A DNA stretch of 64,000 nucleotides from Escherichia phage vB_vPM_PD112: the sequence record NC_054928.1. The stretch is one strand, 5' to 3'. Position 1 is the first letter of the stretch; the number at the start of each line of letters is the position of its first letter. This document shows, in pieces, positions 28,061-36,900 of the stretch. Both the position numbers and the translations under genes were made by a program. The notes beneath the pieces are model-generated. The model had not been told where the DNA came from. It ran no database searches and worked only from the letters and a program-made list of their open reading frames with translations.

Positions 28061-28598
28061 TTACTATTTCCAAAAGTTTATTATTTTTAAGGTAATTAGC
28101 CTTTTCTAGGACTTCAGAAGCATATTTAGAACCTGCTTTAACATTCCATCCCGAATTATAAGAGGATATTGCCTTTCTTATATCGCCCTTATGTATATTT
28201 AACCAATAAGAAAGTTCAATGTACGCCCAGGAAGCTGAATTGGACCGTTTATTCAACATTCTTTTTATTTCAGCATCGGTCATATTATAACCAAGTTCCT
28301 TAACTCTCGCTCGCATAGTAGGCAAATAATTTTGGAACATTCCATAAGCGTGATGCTTTGGTTTAGATTTTAAATTAACTCCGGCAGAGCTTTCTTGCCA
28401 TAAAATAGCAGCCATTATATGACCTAATCCACCCTTGTGGATATTTTTATGTGTTTTATATTTTCCATCCTTAGAAAATTGTTCCCCGAATTGATACGCG
28501 TAACGCATGTTATCGAGTTGGACATTACTGAAAGTATGCTCGGAGCTATGTGCCATCATTGAAATGGCCAATAGACCAGCGAGTAGTGCTTTTCTCAT
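28053..28598 (-). CDS. secreted lytic transglycosylase-like protein
   Basis: Signal peptide; AILWQESSAG and YGMFQ resemble SLT-domain catalytic Glu and GLMQ motifs. Confidence 0.5.
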   Translation of the reverse strand: MRKALLAGLLAISMMAHSSEHTFSNVQLDNMRYAYQFGEQFSKDGKYKTHKNIHKGGLGHIMAAILWQESSAGVNLKSKPKHHAYGMFQNYLPTMRARVKELGYNMTDAEIKRMLNKRSNSASWAYIELSYWLNIHKGDIRKAISSYNSGWNVKAGSKYASEVLEKANYLKNNKLLEIVND

Positions 28599-28605
28599 GC
28601 TTACC

Positions 28606-29067
28606 TCATTGAGTTTTAATTACTGCTTTAGAAGCCTTTCCTGGTAAACGACGACTGTTGATAATTGCCATCCTACATTGAAGTGACGGGTCTTTGAACT
28701 TCGCGTTAGGTTTACAAACTGTAAATCCAAGCCAAAGATTTCCATCTGTGATTTCTAAACGTCCAGGACGATATTCAACCCCATCAATAAAATCCTCGTC
28801 AATGTCAGGACGCGGAGGCATACTCAGGAATTCATTAACTTCTAAAACATGGTCTTTTATTTTGTGGAATAATTCAAAAACATATGTCTCATCAATCTCC
28901 CGTTGAATTGCACGGTCAAGAAGATGCTGAGAATATTTTAGATGAAACGATGAGACCCCTGCTGCTTTTGATGCCTCACGAATCTCATTGTTAATTTGAC
29001 GAAACTCCGACTCAAAGTGACGACGGAGCTTATTTCGACGGATAAAAACTTCTGTATTGATAGTCAT
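28606..29067 (-). CDS. regB: site-specific RNA endonuclease RegB
   Basis: 153 aa as in T4; early promoter with TGGTATAAT upstream. Confidence 0.8.
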   Translation of the reverse strand: MTINTEVFIRRNKLRRHFESEFRQINNEIREASKAAGVSSFHLKYSQHLLDRAIQREIDETYVFELFHKIKDHVLEVNEFLSMPPRPDIDEDFIDGVEYRPGRLEITDGNLWLGFTVCKPNAKFKDPSLQCRMAIINSRRLPGKASKAVIKTQ

Positions 29068-29094
29068 GTTATTCTCCTCTTAACTGATAGAAAA

Positions 29095-29124
29095 ATTATA
29101 CCACAGTCAAGAGGAAAAGTAAAC
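29095..29124 (-). promoter_or_regulatory. T4-type early promoter upstream of regB
   Basis: GTTTAC N17 TGGTATAAT. Confidence 0.55.
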
Positions 29125-29126
29125 AG

Positions 29127-29447
29127 TTATTCTTTAAATCTAATCAATTTATTCATAGACTTTGAAACTTCTGCACGAACCTCATGTAGATTTTTGAGCT
29201 GTTCAAGACGCTGCTCATAGTAAGCAATTTCATCTTCTTCGAGACAGTCCTGTGAATCTTCTTTAAGATAACGTGCATAGTCCTGGAAAGCGTTACGGAC
29301 TACTTCCTGGAAGTCATCAAGACTTTGAATTTTCTTAGGAGCAACAGATACACGACGAGGGGCAGTATAATACTCATAACCAAACCCTGCACTTAATTGA
29401 GCCATTAATATTTTTCCTCTGGTTGGAACACAGCACGACAAGCCCAC
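29127..29447 (-). CDS. hypothetical protein
   Basis: ORF track. Confidence 0.45.
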   Translation of the reverse strand: MGLSCCVPTRGKILMAQLSAGFGYEYYTAPRRVSVAPKKIQSLDDFQEVVRNAFQDYARYLKEDSQDCLEEDEIAYYEQRLEQLKNLHEVRAEVSKSMNKLIRFKE

Positions 29448-29671
29448 ATACTGGCTTCTTTGAGTTTCGTTTTAGCAATAGTTAACTGATCAAGACTTTC
29501 AGCATAATTCTTCGCGAATTCACAGTCTTCACAATTATCTAACGCTTCCCAAAATTCATCATATAAAGCATCAAAGATAAGTCCTAAACGAACTTCAGCG
29601 TCTTTGATAGCATTCGCTTTACTGATTTTATCGTCAGTATGTGGCTTATAACCTTTAATGTCTTCAATCAT
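29405..29671 (-). CDS. hypothetical small acidic protein (vs.4-like position)
   Basis: ORF track; position only, no sequence-level identification. Confidence 0.45.
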   Translation of the reverse strand: MIEDIKGYKPHTDDKISKANAIKDAEVRLGLIFDALYDEFWEALDNCEDCEFAKNYAESLDQLTIAKTKLKEASMWACRAVFQPEEKY

Positions 29672-29885
29672 ATTTTACTTCCTCACCTGTTCCCAAATCA
29701 TATTCAACTAAACGAATAGGTTCATGAATTCCATATCCTTGAACAGAAATTTCTGTCGTAGGATAAATTCCATCAATATCGCCCATATTCCACGCTTCAT
29801 TAAATTGCTGTTCGCCTGAATTACTAAACCACTCGGCGAAAGCATTTAGCACATCTTCAGAACCTTCAATAATTATCTTTGCCAT
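29664..29885 (-). CDS. hypothetical protein
   Basis: ORF track. Confidence 0.45.
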   Translation of the reverse strand: MAKIIIEGSEDVLNAFAEWFSNSGEQQFNEAWNMGDIDGIYPTTEISVQGYGIHEPIRLVEYDLGTGEEVKYD

Positions 29886-30247
29886 TACAAACTCTCAGTA
29901 AAGGTACGAGCAATAACGTCGCGTTGCTGTTCCGGAGTCAGAGAGTTAAAGCGAACTGCGTATCCGGATACACGGATGGTCAGCTGCGGATATTTTTCCG
30001 GATGCTTAACTGCATCTTCCAGAGTTTCACGACGCAGAACGTTTACGTTCAGGTGTTGACCACCCTCAATTTTAACTGTAGGCTGTGTTTCAATTTCAAT
30101 TTCACGGGCATGCAAACCATAGAAAATTTCTGGGTCTACAAAAGAGTCCTCTTTAAAGGTTTTAGAGACAATAATTCGTGCTTGAATACCATCTTCAAAA
30201 TAAATAGTACCTTTATGTGTGCCTTCAAGAATTTGATATGCTTTCAT
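29885..30247 (-). CDS. grcA: autonomous glycyl radical cofactor (GrcA/YfiD-like; T4 Y06I family)
   Basis: C-terminal 60 aa with RVSGYAV glycyl radical motif match recalled E. coli GrcA; 3' coding segment visibly GC-richer than surroundings. Confidence 0.85.
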   Translation of the reverse strand: MKAYQILEGTHKGTIYFEDGIQARIIVSKTFKEDSFVDPEIFYGLHAREIEIETQPTVKIEGGQHLNVNVLRRETLEDAVKHPEKYPQLTIRVSGYAVRFNSLTPEQQRDVIARTFTESL

Positions 30248-30254
30248 ATAAACC

Positions 30255-30635
30255 TCAATTAGAAAATAAATTTATCCAAGATTGTTCTTTAATTAAAAAT
30301 GGCTCAGAATCATATGCCATTAAACTCTGTGTGATTAGTCCTTTAAAAGGCCCATCAATAAATTCCATGGTAAAGTATGGAATTTTATTCATTAATCTCG
30401 CATTAGGAGCAGTACATAAAACTCTGCATCCTTTGAATACGCCTTTTTGCAATTTGTATTGCTTAGGATAAAATTCGCTTAAAATGTTATTTTTTGCCAA
30501 AATTTCAAAATGATTCACCAATTTATTTTTAATAGTTTTTGGTGAAAAATAAAGATATTCGAAAAGCTGAGTGTCTGTCATCATTGCATTCCGATTACGA
30601 AAAACTGTGGACGAGTAATACCACCAATGCAGCAT
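30255..30635 (-). CDS. hypothetical protein
   Basis: ORF track. Confidence 0.45.
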   Translation of the reverse strand: MLHWWYYSSTVFRNRNAMMTDTQLFEYLYFSPKTIKNKLVNHFEILAKNNILSEFYPKQYKLQKGVFKGCRVLCTAPNARLMNKIPYFTMEFIDGPFKGLITQSLMAYDSEPFLIKEQSWINLFSN

Positions 30636-31171
30636 TTACTATTGCAGCAGTGTTGCACAGTTTCAATATGAATATCGTAAATTTTATCCATATCAGGAGA
30701 TTTAACAGGCTCATCGATTATATACAAAATTCGAGAAAGCGATAAACCTCTGAACTTGCTACCTCTATTACCAACAAAACTACGGACAGAATCAGTAAAT
30801 AAACGGAATCGAATATCATCGCTAGAATAACGAGAAAATTCTTTTTTAATGCGGCCCGCAGAAATTTTAGCGTAAGCTGAAGTATTAGAAAGAACAATAA
30901 CTGTTCCACCATCATACAACCAATTAGCGGCAAAATTAGTTACTGCAGTTGATTTACCAGATTGTCTGCCACCATCTAAACGAAGTGTACAATATTCTTT
31001 AAATAAATGCGACGAATCAGGTACATAAAATCCACTATTACAAATTTCTTCTACTCTAGCATCAGAATGGTGTGTAAAAGCATTCATCAGGGATAGATAA
31101 GGACCAGTTAAAAATGTTCTCATTTTATTCTCTCTAAATTTGGGCCATTCCATGGCGCATGAATTGTCCAT
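30581..31171 (-). CDS. P-loop NTPase-like protein
   Basis: Walker A GGRQSGKST, Walker B-like ILYIIDEP; start may be internal Met (residue 17, near 31123). Confidence 0.5.
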   Translation of the reverse strand: MDNSCAMEWPKFRENKMRTFLTGPYLSLMNAFTHHSDARVEEICNSGFYVPDSSHLFKEYCTLRLDGGRQSGKSTAVTNFAANWLYDGGTVIVLSNTSAYAKISAGRIKKEFSRYSSDDIRFRLFTDSVRSFVGNRGSKFRGLSLSRILYIIDEPVKSPDMDKIYDIHIETVQHCCNSKCCIGGITRPQFFVIGMQ

Positions 31172-31264
31172 TTCTGTATTTACCCATTACCGCACTTGGG
31201 CTCGACCTTATTACAGGTTGGCGGGAATCCCTCACAGAATCATGAGGTCCAGGTTGTTCCCATG

Positions 31265-31738
31265 TTATTTGAACGATTTAACGTACTGAATAGAACCTTT
31301 ACTATTCACGAAAGCGATTTTACCATTTTTATTATACATGGTAGCAGTACGCTGATAACCATAAGTTTGTTTACCAGATTGATAACCAACTAATGCGAAA
31401 TTATCTTCACCCATTTTATTCTGTTTAGCGCGAATACGTTCATGTCCATGCGCCATAAGAACCTTAGCATCACCAGTTGCAATGGATCGACGAGTTTTTT
31501 CATCTTCAACTGTATTAACAAAATCATCAAATGAATCAAATTTAGCATGAGATTTATTATACAGTTTTCCATCTACTGCATAATTATATCCCTGTACATC
31601 CATCTCAACTTCTGTGCCATCATCTAATACAGCAGTAATTTTCTGTCCTTTTTTAAATTTCAAAAGATCAGTAAAAGATTCAGCAATAATTTGAGAATTA
31701 ATAGCTGCTTCAGTAATAAATTCTTGATATGTTTTCAT
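31265..31738 (-). CDS. internal (capsid-packaged) protein with capsid targeting sequence
   Basis: N-terminus MKTYQEFITEA matches T4 internal-protein CTS (MKTYQEFIAEA) with xxE cleavage context; lies next to e as ipIII does in T4. Confidence 0.65.
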   Translation of the reverse strand: MKTYQEFITEAAINSQIIAESFTDLLKFKKGQKITAVLDDGTEVEMDVQGYNYAVDGKLYNKSHAKFDSFDDFVNTVEDEKTRRSIATGDAKVLMAHGHERIRAKQNKMGEDNFALVGYQSGKQTYGYQRTATMYNKNGKIAFVNSKGSIQYVKSFK

Positions 31739-31781
31739 ATGTTTCCTTTAAATGTAAATATTTTAATTAGTAACTGTGAAT

Positions 31782-31811
31782 ATACTATCACAGTTCTAGG
31801 AGAAAGTAAAC
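31782..31811 (-). promoter_or_regulatory. T4-type early promoter upstream of internal protein gene
   Basis: GTTTAC ... TGATAGTAT. Confidence 0.45.
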
Positions 31812-31815
31812 AACT

Positions 31816-32346
<531 letters not shown>

Positions 32347-32802
32347 TTAAAAGAGGTTGTTCATTATTCGGTAAAGTGAAGGACCCATCACATATTGCCA
32401 CTGAGTACGAGGAATAAGAGCAAAAGCGTCCATCTCTGGAATCATAACGCCATCTTTATTTTCAAAATAAGACTCGCAATGGCAATTTCTAAACATCTCA
32501 TGCTCTACTGGAATCGTATAATAAAATAACTGTAAGTCTTTATTACTAGAATATTTAAATACACCTAGGTCTTCTAGAAGGTCTGGATTATAATTGCTAA
32601 AACCAGTCTCTTCTAAACATTCTCTTCGTGCTGCATCTAGTACGCTTAAATCAGAATTTTCTACGCGGCCCTTTGGGATATCCCAGCGATGTGCCATCAT
32701 TCCAGGCTTACGAGAACCAGTAACCCGTCCCATGAATAAATCTTTATCTTCGGTCATAAAGATAATACCAGCTGATAGTGTTTTCATTTTAATTTCCTGC
32801 AT
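32347..32802 (-). CDS. nudE: Nudix hydrolase NudE
   Basis: 151 aa; Nudix box GRVENSDLSVLDAARRECLEETGF. Confidence 0.85.
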   Translation of the reverse strand: MQEIKMKTLSAGIIFMTEDKDLFMGRVTGSRKPGMMAHRWDIPKGRVENSDLSVLDAARRECLEETGFSNYNPDLLEDLGVFKYSSNKDLQLFYYTIPVEHEMFRNCHCESYFENKDGVMIPEMDAFALIPRTQWQYVMGPSLYRIMNNLF

Positions 32803-33272
32803 TCAGTGATAAAGTTATTTAAATTTTGAGTATATTTCTTTTCATCAAAAATCTTTTGTTGTCTGCGTAGCCGCCATGGCATTTCAATGAACGTGTACCA
32901 TATCCCAGATAATATTGCTGCTGTAAAAATATTAACAAGTATGGTTAAAAGAATCCAATCTCCTATTCTGTCCATTGGATTTTTTATAAAAAAGTAAAAT
33001 ACGAATGATGTCACAGGAAGACTAATAATATACCACAGAATCATAATCTTATCTGTGAACCAATCAGCGTTCGTTAATTTAGCGCGACCATTATGAATAC
33101 ACACGAATTTATCATCTGTTGCAGTAGATGGCTTAACTGGTTGATATCCCATTCTAAACTCCCTAATCAGCAAATTTTTCATATCTTCGGAACAGCCATT
33201 CCAGTCAACTCTATCAACTGGAATGCCATCATCCCCATCATCTAAATCATACCAGCGAGTTTTTAAAATCAT
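32784..33272 (-). CDS. membrane protein (2 TM)
   Basis: Hydrophobic helices after soluble N-terminal domain. Confidence 0.5.
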   Translation of the reverse strand: MILKTRWYDLDDGDDGIPVDRVDWNGCSEDMKNLLIREFRMGYQPVKPSTATDDKFVCIHNGRAKLTNADWFTDKIMILWYIISLPVTSFVFYFFIKNPMDRIGDWILLTILVNIFTAAILSGIWYTFIEMPWRLRRQQKIFDEKKYTQNLNNFITECRKLK

Positions 33273-33631
33273 CTGATTTTCCTACAATCACTTACAAACT
33301 CTTTCATTGATTCATTTTCAATATAAGACATGTAGTTATTATATTCTTTTAATTGTATTTTGTAATCCTTTTTTCTTTGCCAATTTATTTTAAAATTATC
33401 ATAATGAAAATATAACATGGTACCAAAGAATGAAAATAATGAAATCGCTATAGTAAAACGAAGTTCACTCCAAACCTCTGTTATAATTGCTGAACCATCG
33501 ATGTTTAAAATAATACAGTCAATCATTAATCCAATAAGACTACCCGCAAGAGCTGTAAATACTGATACAGCAAGAATTAATAGTGCCTCAGGAAACGAAT
33601 ATTTGACTTTATTTAGTTTTGGCTTTTGCAT
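33269..33631 (-). CDS. membrane protein (2 TM)
   Basis: Two hydrophobic helices; ATG start overlapping upstream stop. Confidence 0.5.
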   Translation of the reverse strand: MQKPKLNKVKYSFPEALLILAVSVFTALAGSLIGLMIDCIILNIDGSAIITEVWSELRFTIAISLFSFFGTMLYFHYDNFKINWQRKKDYKIQLKEYNNYMSYIENESMKEFVSDCRKIR

Positions 33632-34005
33632 CGTGATTCCTTAACAAATTTCATAATTTCATCAAATTCATACGCAGCAAGTTTAAGCTGATGTTCTTTT
33701 TTAATCTTTTTGCACTGGGCTTTCCACTCACGTACGCGTTTACGATAATGTCTTCCTTGATACCAGTATCCTACCCAATTTACAGGTACTAATAAAAGCG
33801 GAATTATTAATGGAAGAATTAGTGTTGCTCCAAATATTGCACCAGATTCAATATCAGTCATAACGTCTATAACCATTCCAGCAATCAGCAGAATCACAAA
33901 TGATACAGCTACCACAGGACCTATTAATACATCAGTAGGAATTAGCTGACGCTTTAGTTCATACTTCACAGGTTTACTTGGAAGGTATAGTGATGGCTTT
34001 GACAT
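33613..34005 (-). CDS. membrane protein (2 TM)
   Basis: Track ORF from TTG; ATG at residue 8; two hydrophobic helices. Confidence 0.5.
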   Translation of the reverse strand: MSKPSLYLPSKPVKYELKRQLIPTDVLIGPVVAVSFVILLIAGMVIDVMTDIESGAIFGATLILPLIIPLLLVPVNWVGYWYQGRHYRKRVREWKAQCKKIKKEHQLKLAAYEFDEIMKFVKESRCKSQN

Positions 34006-34582
34006 ATTCTCTACATTCCTTAACAAATTTTTCTAGTAATAAATCGCTTTCAAAATTAGGATTTTCCACGAATTTATCAAAAAGATCATCAACAATAGTC
34101 AAGATATTCTTTTTACTAAGAATACGCTTATTTTCATATTTTGTTTCAGAATCAACTATAAGAGTAAAGAAATATTTCTTTCCCTGAAATTTTACCGTAG
34201 TATCAATATAGAACAAATTTGACTTTTGTAAATTACGTTTAAACCATGCGTCACTTAAACTATAAACGCCAAGATAATCATAATCGTCGTTTAAATAACA
34301 AACTGTCCATTCAGGAGAAATGAAATCAGTAAATTCAACATCAAAATCACACGTCAATGAATGAATTGATTCAATACTTTTAATGAGTATTCCAGGGCGT
34401 ATTAAAGACTTTTTACCTCTATAAAATCTTCCAGAAAGACTTTCATCAGTTTCATACGAAGAGCCCCAATAGTAATTACGTCCTTCTGCCATACGTTTAA
34501 GAGCATTTAGTAATTGGTCTGGAACATCAACTTGTCTTTGGAACTCTTCAAACATTGAATTGAAATCATTTTGCATTCTCAT
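33974..34582 (-). CDS. hypothetical protein
   Basis: ORF track; ATG start. Confidence 0.5.
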   Translation of the reverse strand: MRMQNDFNSMFEEFQRQVDVPDQLLNALKRMAEGRNYYWGSSYETDESLSGRFYRGKKSLIRPGILIKSIESIHSLTCDFDVEFTDFISPEWTVCYLNDDYDYLGVYSLSDAWFKRNLQKSNLFYIDTTVKFQGKKYFFTLIVDSETKYENKRILSKKNILTIVDDLFDKFVENPNFESDLLLEKFVKECREYVKAITIPSK

Positions 34583-34623
34583 TCCTATTTACTCCAAGTA
34601 ATAGGGGCCGAAGCCCCTTATCA

Positions 34624-35217
34624 TTATTTCAGAGAATTAATATATTCCTGGACATCGGCAGAGGTGGTTTCAACCCCAGAAATATTACCATTAAAGGTTT
34701 CAACTCGAGCAAGAGTATCTTCAATATCAACCTTGGTCAGTGCTGCAATTTCAACTACATCATCAGCAGTACTAATTCCAAGGGCATTTGCCGCACGAGT
34801 TTCACGGATATATTCCAATTTAACTGCAAGTTCTTGGCGAGCATCATCTAACTCAACTACTTTCTTGGCGATTTCAATTCGCATTTCAGCATAACCATCA
34901 GCTTTAGTAGTCAACTGCTCAGCTGTTCGACGATATAGTAAACCGAGCTTAGCATGCATTGTTACATCTTGACCTTCGGAAAGAAGTTTGCGAATTTCAC
35001 GCTCTTTTGATTCGGCTTGTCGATTCTTTTCGATAACAAGTTCACGAATACGTTTTTCTTCATTAATAGATTTAACAGAAGCAGTTTTTAGGTCTTTAAT
35101 TTTATCAAGAAGTTTTGCTGCTGCAGCAGTATACTGTTCTTCGACAGATAGATTTTTAGCCATAGCAGAACCAAGTTTAGTGCGAATAAACTCAACAATT
35201 TTCTTCAGTGTGTTCAT
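34624..35217 (-). CDS. coiled-coil protein (PspA/IM30-like pattern, unverified)
   Basis: Long charged helical sequence; family assignment is only an impression. Confidence 0.45.
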   Translation of the reverse strand: MNTLKKIVEFIRTKLGSAMAKNLSVEEQYTAAAAKLLDKIKDLKTASVKSINEEKRIRELVIEKNRQAESKEREIRKLLSEGQDVTMHAKLGLLYRRTAEQLTTKADGYAEMRIEIAKKVVELDDARQELAVKLEYIRETRAANALGISTADDVVEIAALTKVDIEDTLARVETFNGNISGVETTSADVQEYINSLK

Positions 35218-35260
35218 AGTATTTCCTTAGGTTAATTGAGATTTAAAATCTGCGGAAGAA

Positions 35261-35791
35261 TTATATCCCATTATTTGAGAGATGTAAACTATTTTTAATT
35301 TTACAAATTCGTTCAGCTTCATCGATAGCAGCATTAATAATGCTTTTAGCTATAGGAGTACTAATACTAGTAGCTTTTACACTTAACACGATTTCTTTAT
35401 CTTTACCAGGCCAACCCCACGATTTTTCACCGTGAGTGCCTTTAATTACAGCAGACACCTCAAGTGAGCATCCATTATCACATGTTTTTACATTAACAAC
35501 CCAAGGGTCACTTTTCTCAATCGGTTTCTCAATCGGTTTATCCCAGTAAATATTAAGAATACGTGGAACATCAAATTTGGCAGGACAAATCTTAACCGTA
35601 AGACCTTCGCTTTCTAGCCAATTAATAAGAGGGCGTTCATACAGGCGACGATGTGGGCTTGGGATTCGACAAGCCTTATGTCCGTTGCTTGCGGCTTCAC
35701 TAAGCTGTTCTAATACCTGCTTTTGCATTATTGATAAAATACCATCAAAAGATTTTTCGGAAGTTTCATTCAGTTCAGTATAAAGAGACAT
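35261..35791 (-). CDS. hypothetical protein
   Basis: ORF track. Confidence 0.5.
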   Translation of the reverse strand: MSLYTELNETSEKSFDGILSIMQKQVLEQLSEAASNGHKACRIPSPHRRLYERPLINWLESEGLTVKICPAKFDVPRILNIYWDKPIEKPIEKSDPWVVNVKTCDNGCSLEVSAVIKGTHGEKSWGWPGKDKEIVLSVKATSISTPIAKSIINAAIDEAERICKIKNSLHLSNNGI

Positions 35792-35846
35792 AACAGTTTC
35801 CTCAAGTTATAGGCTCATAATATCTCAATCATGAGCCTGTGTAAAC

Positions 35847-36110
35847 TTATTTCATATTATTGAAATATTCTTCTGCGATTTCGTCGTTATCGTGGTAAAC
35901 TTTAGAAGACAGTTTAACATAACCTTCTGCTGTGAACATGTTAATCACAACCTTTACAGTATACCACTGACCATCTTCATTACCCATTACTGCGTAAGTT
36001 TCAAACATCGGATGGTCAGGACCGATAACTTTAATATCATTCACTGTACGACCGAAATCTTCTGAAACGCATTTCATAAAGAAGTTGAACAGCTCACCGT
36101 AATTATCCAT
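35847..36110 (-). CDS. hypothetical protein
   Basis: Track start (TTG) lies inside an early promoter; only ATG is residue 22 with GGAGA SD. Confidence 0.5.
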   Translation of the reverse strand: MDNYGELFNFFMKCVSEDFGRTVNDIKVIGPDHPMFETYAVMGNEDGQWYTVKVVINMFTAEGYVKLSSKVYHDNDEIAEEYFNNMK

Positions 36111-36153
36111 TTCATTCTCCAAGTTGTTTTCTGTATCAGTAGTTGATAGTTGT

Positions 36154-36183
36154 ATAGTACCATGGAAGAACAAGGATGTAAAC
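36154..36183 (-). promoter_or_regulatory. T4-type early promoter
   Basis: GTTTACA N17 TGGTACTAT; overlaps track ORF start. Confidence 0.5.
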
Positions 36184-36316
36184 AGTTTTGTGAAAAAATT
36201 TTTAAAAAGTTTTAGGGAATTCTAGGGCGGGGAGGGGCAATTAAAAGATAGGATAATATATTATAAAGGGTATAAACTAAATGATGCCTAGAGAGGTCCA
36301 GAAAGGCCTAGATACC

Positions 36317-36343
36317 AAAAGCCCCAACCTTTCGGCTGGGGCT
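36317..36343 (-). terminator. rho-independent terminator after internal protein gene
   Basis: Near-duplicate of the 36873-36900 hairpin then UUUU. Confidence 0.65.
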
Positions 36344-36350
36344 AAGAATG

Positions 36351-36824
36351 TTATTTGATTTGTTTAGCAGACCAAATGCGGTCTTTGATAATTTTTTGGA
36401 TGTCTTCAACATATTCAAGAGAGTGAACATGTGGGTTATCTTTGAAACTATAAGCACGAGCTAACTTTTGGCCTTCAGTTTTGATTACTAAAAGCTCTTT
36501 AAGGATAGCTTCATATCTGGAGATAATTCCTTTAACGATATTTTTCTCTTGTGTGACTTTAGGATCTGCTTTAGGAGCAGGTTTACCCGAAGCCTTTGCA
36601 AAAGCAGCGCCAGTAGCAACTAAACTTTTCCAGGCCATACTAACTGCATTTCCCGTAAATCCTTCTGCTTTCATGTCGCGAGCAAACTGGAATCGTGATT
36701 CGTCAGAAGCATCTTTATAGGAATATTTACCCGCTGCAATGGCTGCTTTTGCGACAGCTTGAATTTCGGTGCTAGATGCTTCATTTAACACCGCTTCATT
36801 TAAAAATTGAGCATATGATTTCAT
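36351..36824 (-). CDS. internal (capsid-packaged) protein with capsid targeting sequence
   Basis: N-terminus MKSYAQFLNEA is CTS-like; own late promoter TATAAATA upstream; terminator hairpins on both sides. Confidence 0.6.
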   Translation of the reverse strand: MKSYAQFLNEAVLNEASSTEIQAVAKAAIAAGKYSYKDASDESRFQFARDMKAEGFTGNAVSMAWKSLVATGAAFAKASGKPAPKADPKVTQEKNIVKGIISRYEAILKELLVIKTEGQKLARAYSFKDNPHVHSLEYVEDIQKIIKDRIWSAKQIK

Positions 36825-36861
36825 CTTATTTCCTGTTCTAATTCGTGGATTTAATATATTA

Positions 36862-36869
36862 TATTTATA
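36862..36869 (-). promoter_or_regulatory. late promoter TATAAATA (gp55-dependent)
   Basis: Exact TATAAATA on minus strand about 40 nt upstream of internal protein gene start (36824). Confidence 0.6.
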
Positions 36870-36872
36870 CTA

Positions 36873-36900
36873 AAAAGCCCCAACCTTTCGGTCGGGGCTA
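36873..36900 (-). terminator. rho-independent terminator ending tRNA/stable-RNA transcript
   Basis: Minus-strand GCCCCGACC-GAAA-GGUUGGGGC (9-bp stem, GNRA loop) then UUUUU. Confidence 0.7.

Noticed and set aside
32784-34582. Apparent conserved C-terminal peptide motif (FVKECR / FVKESR / FVSDCR / FITECR) in four consecutive proteins
   Set aside because: The motif is the translation, in the upstream gene's frame, of a repeated nucleotide element (TTTGTTAAGGAAT) that serves as the Shine-Dalgarno region of the next overlapping gene; not evidence of protein homology.
34624-35217. Assigning the coiled-coil protein to the PspA/IM30 family
   Set aside because: The resemblance is only compositional; no diagnostic motif was seen. 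Kept as a low-confidence note in the feature call.
36174-36316. G-rich tract (GGGCGGGGAGGGG) and short repeats in the intergenic spacer between an internal-protein gene and the next early promoter
   Set aside because: Unusual in this AT-rich genome, but no ORF, RNA fold or known motif could be supported; likely promoter or terminator context.
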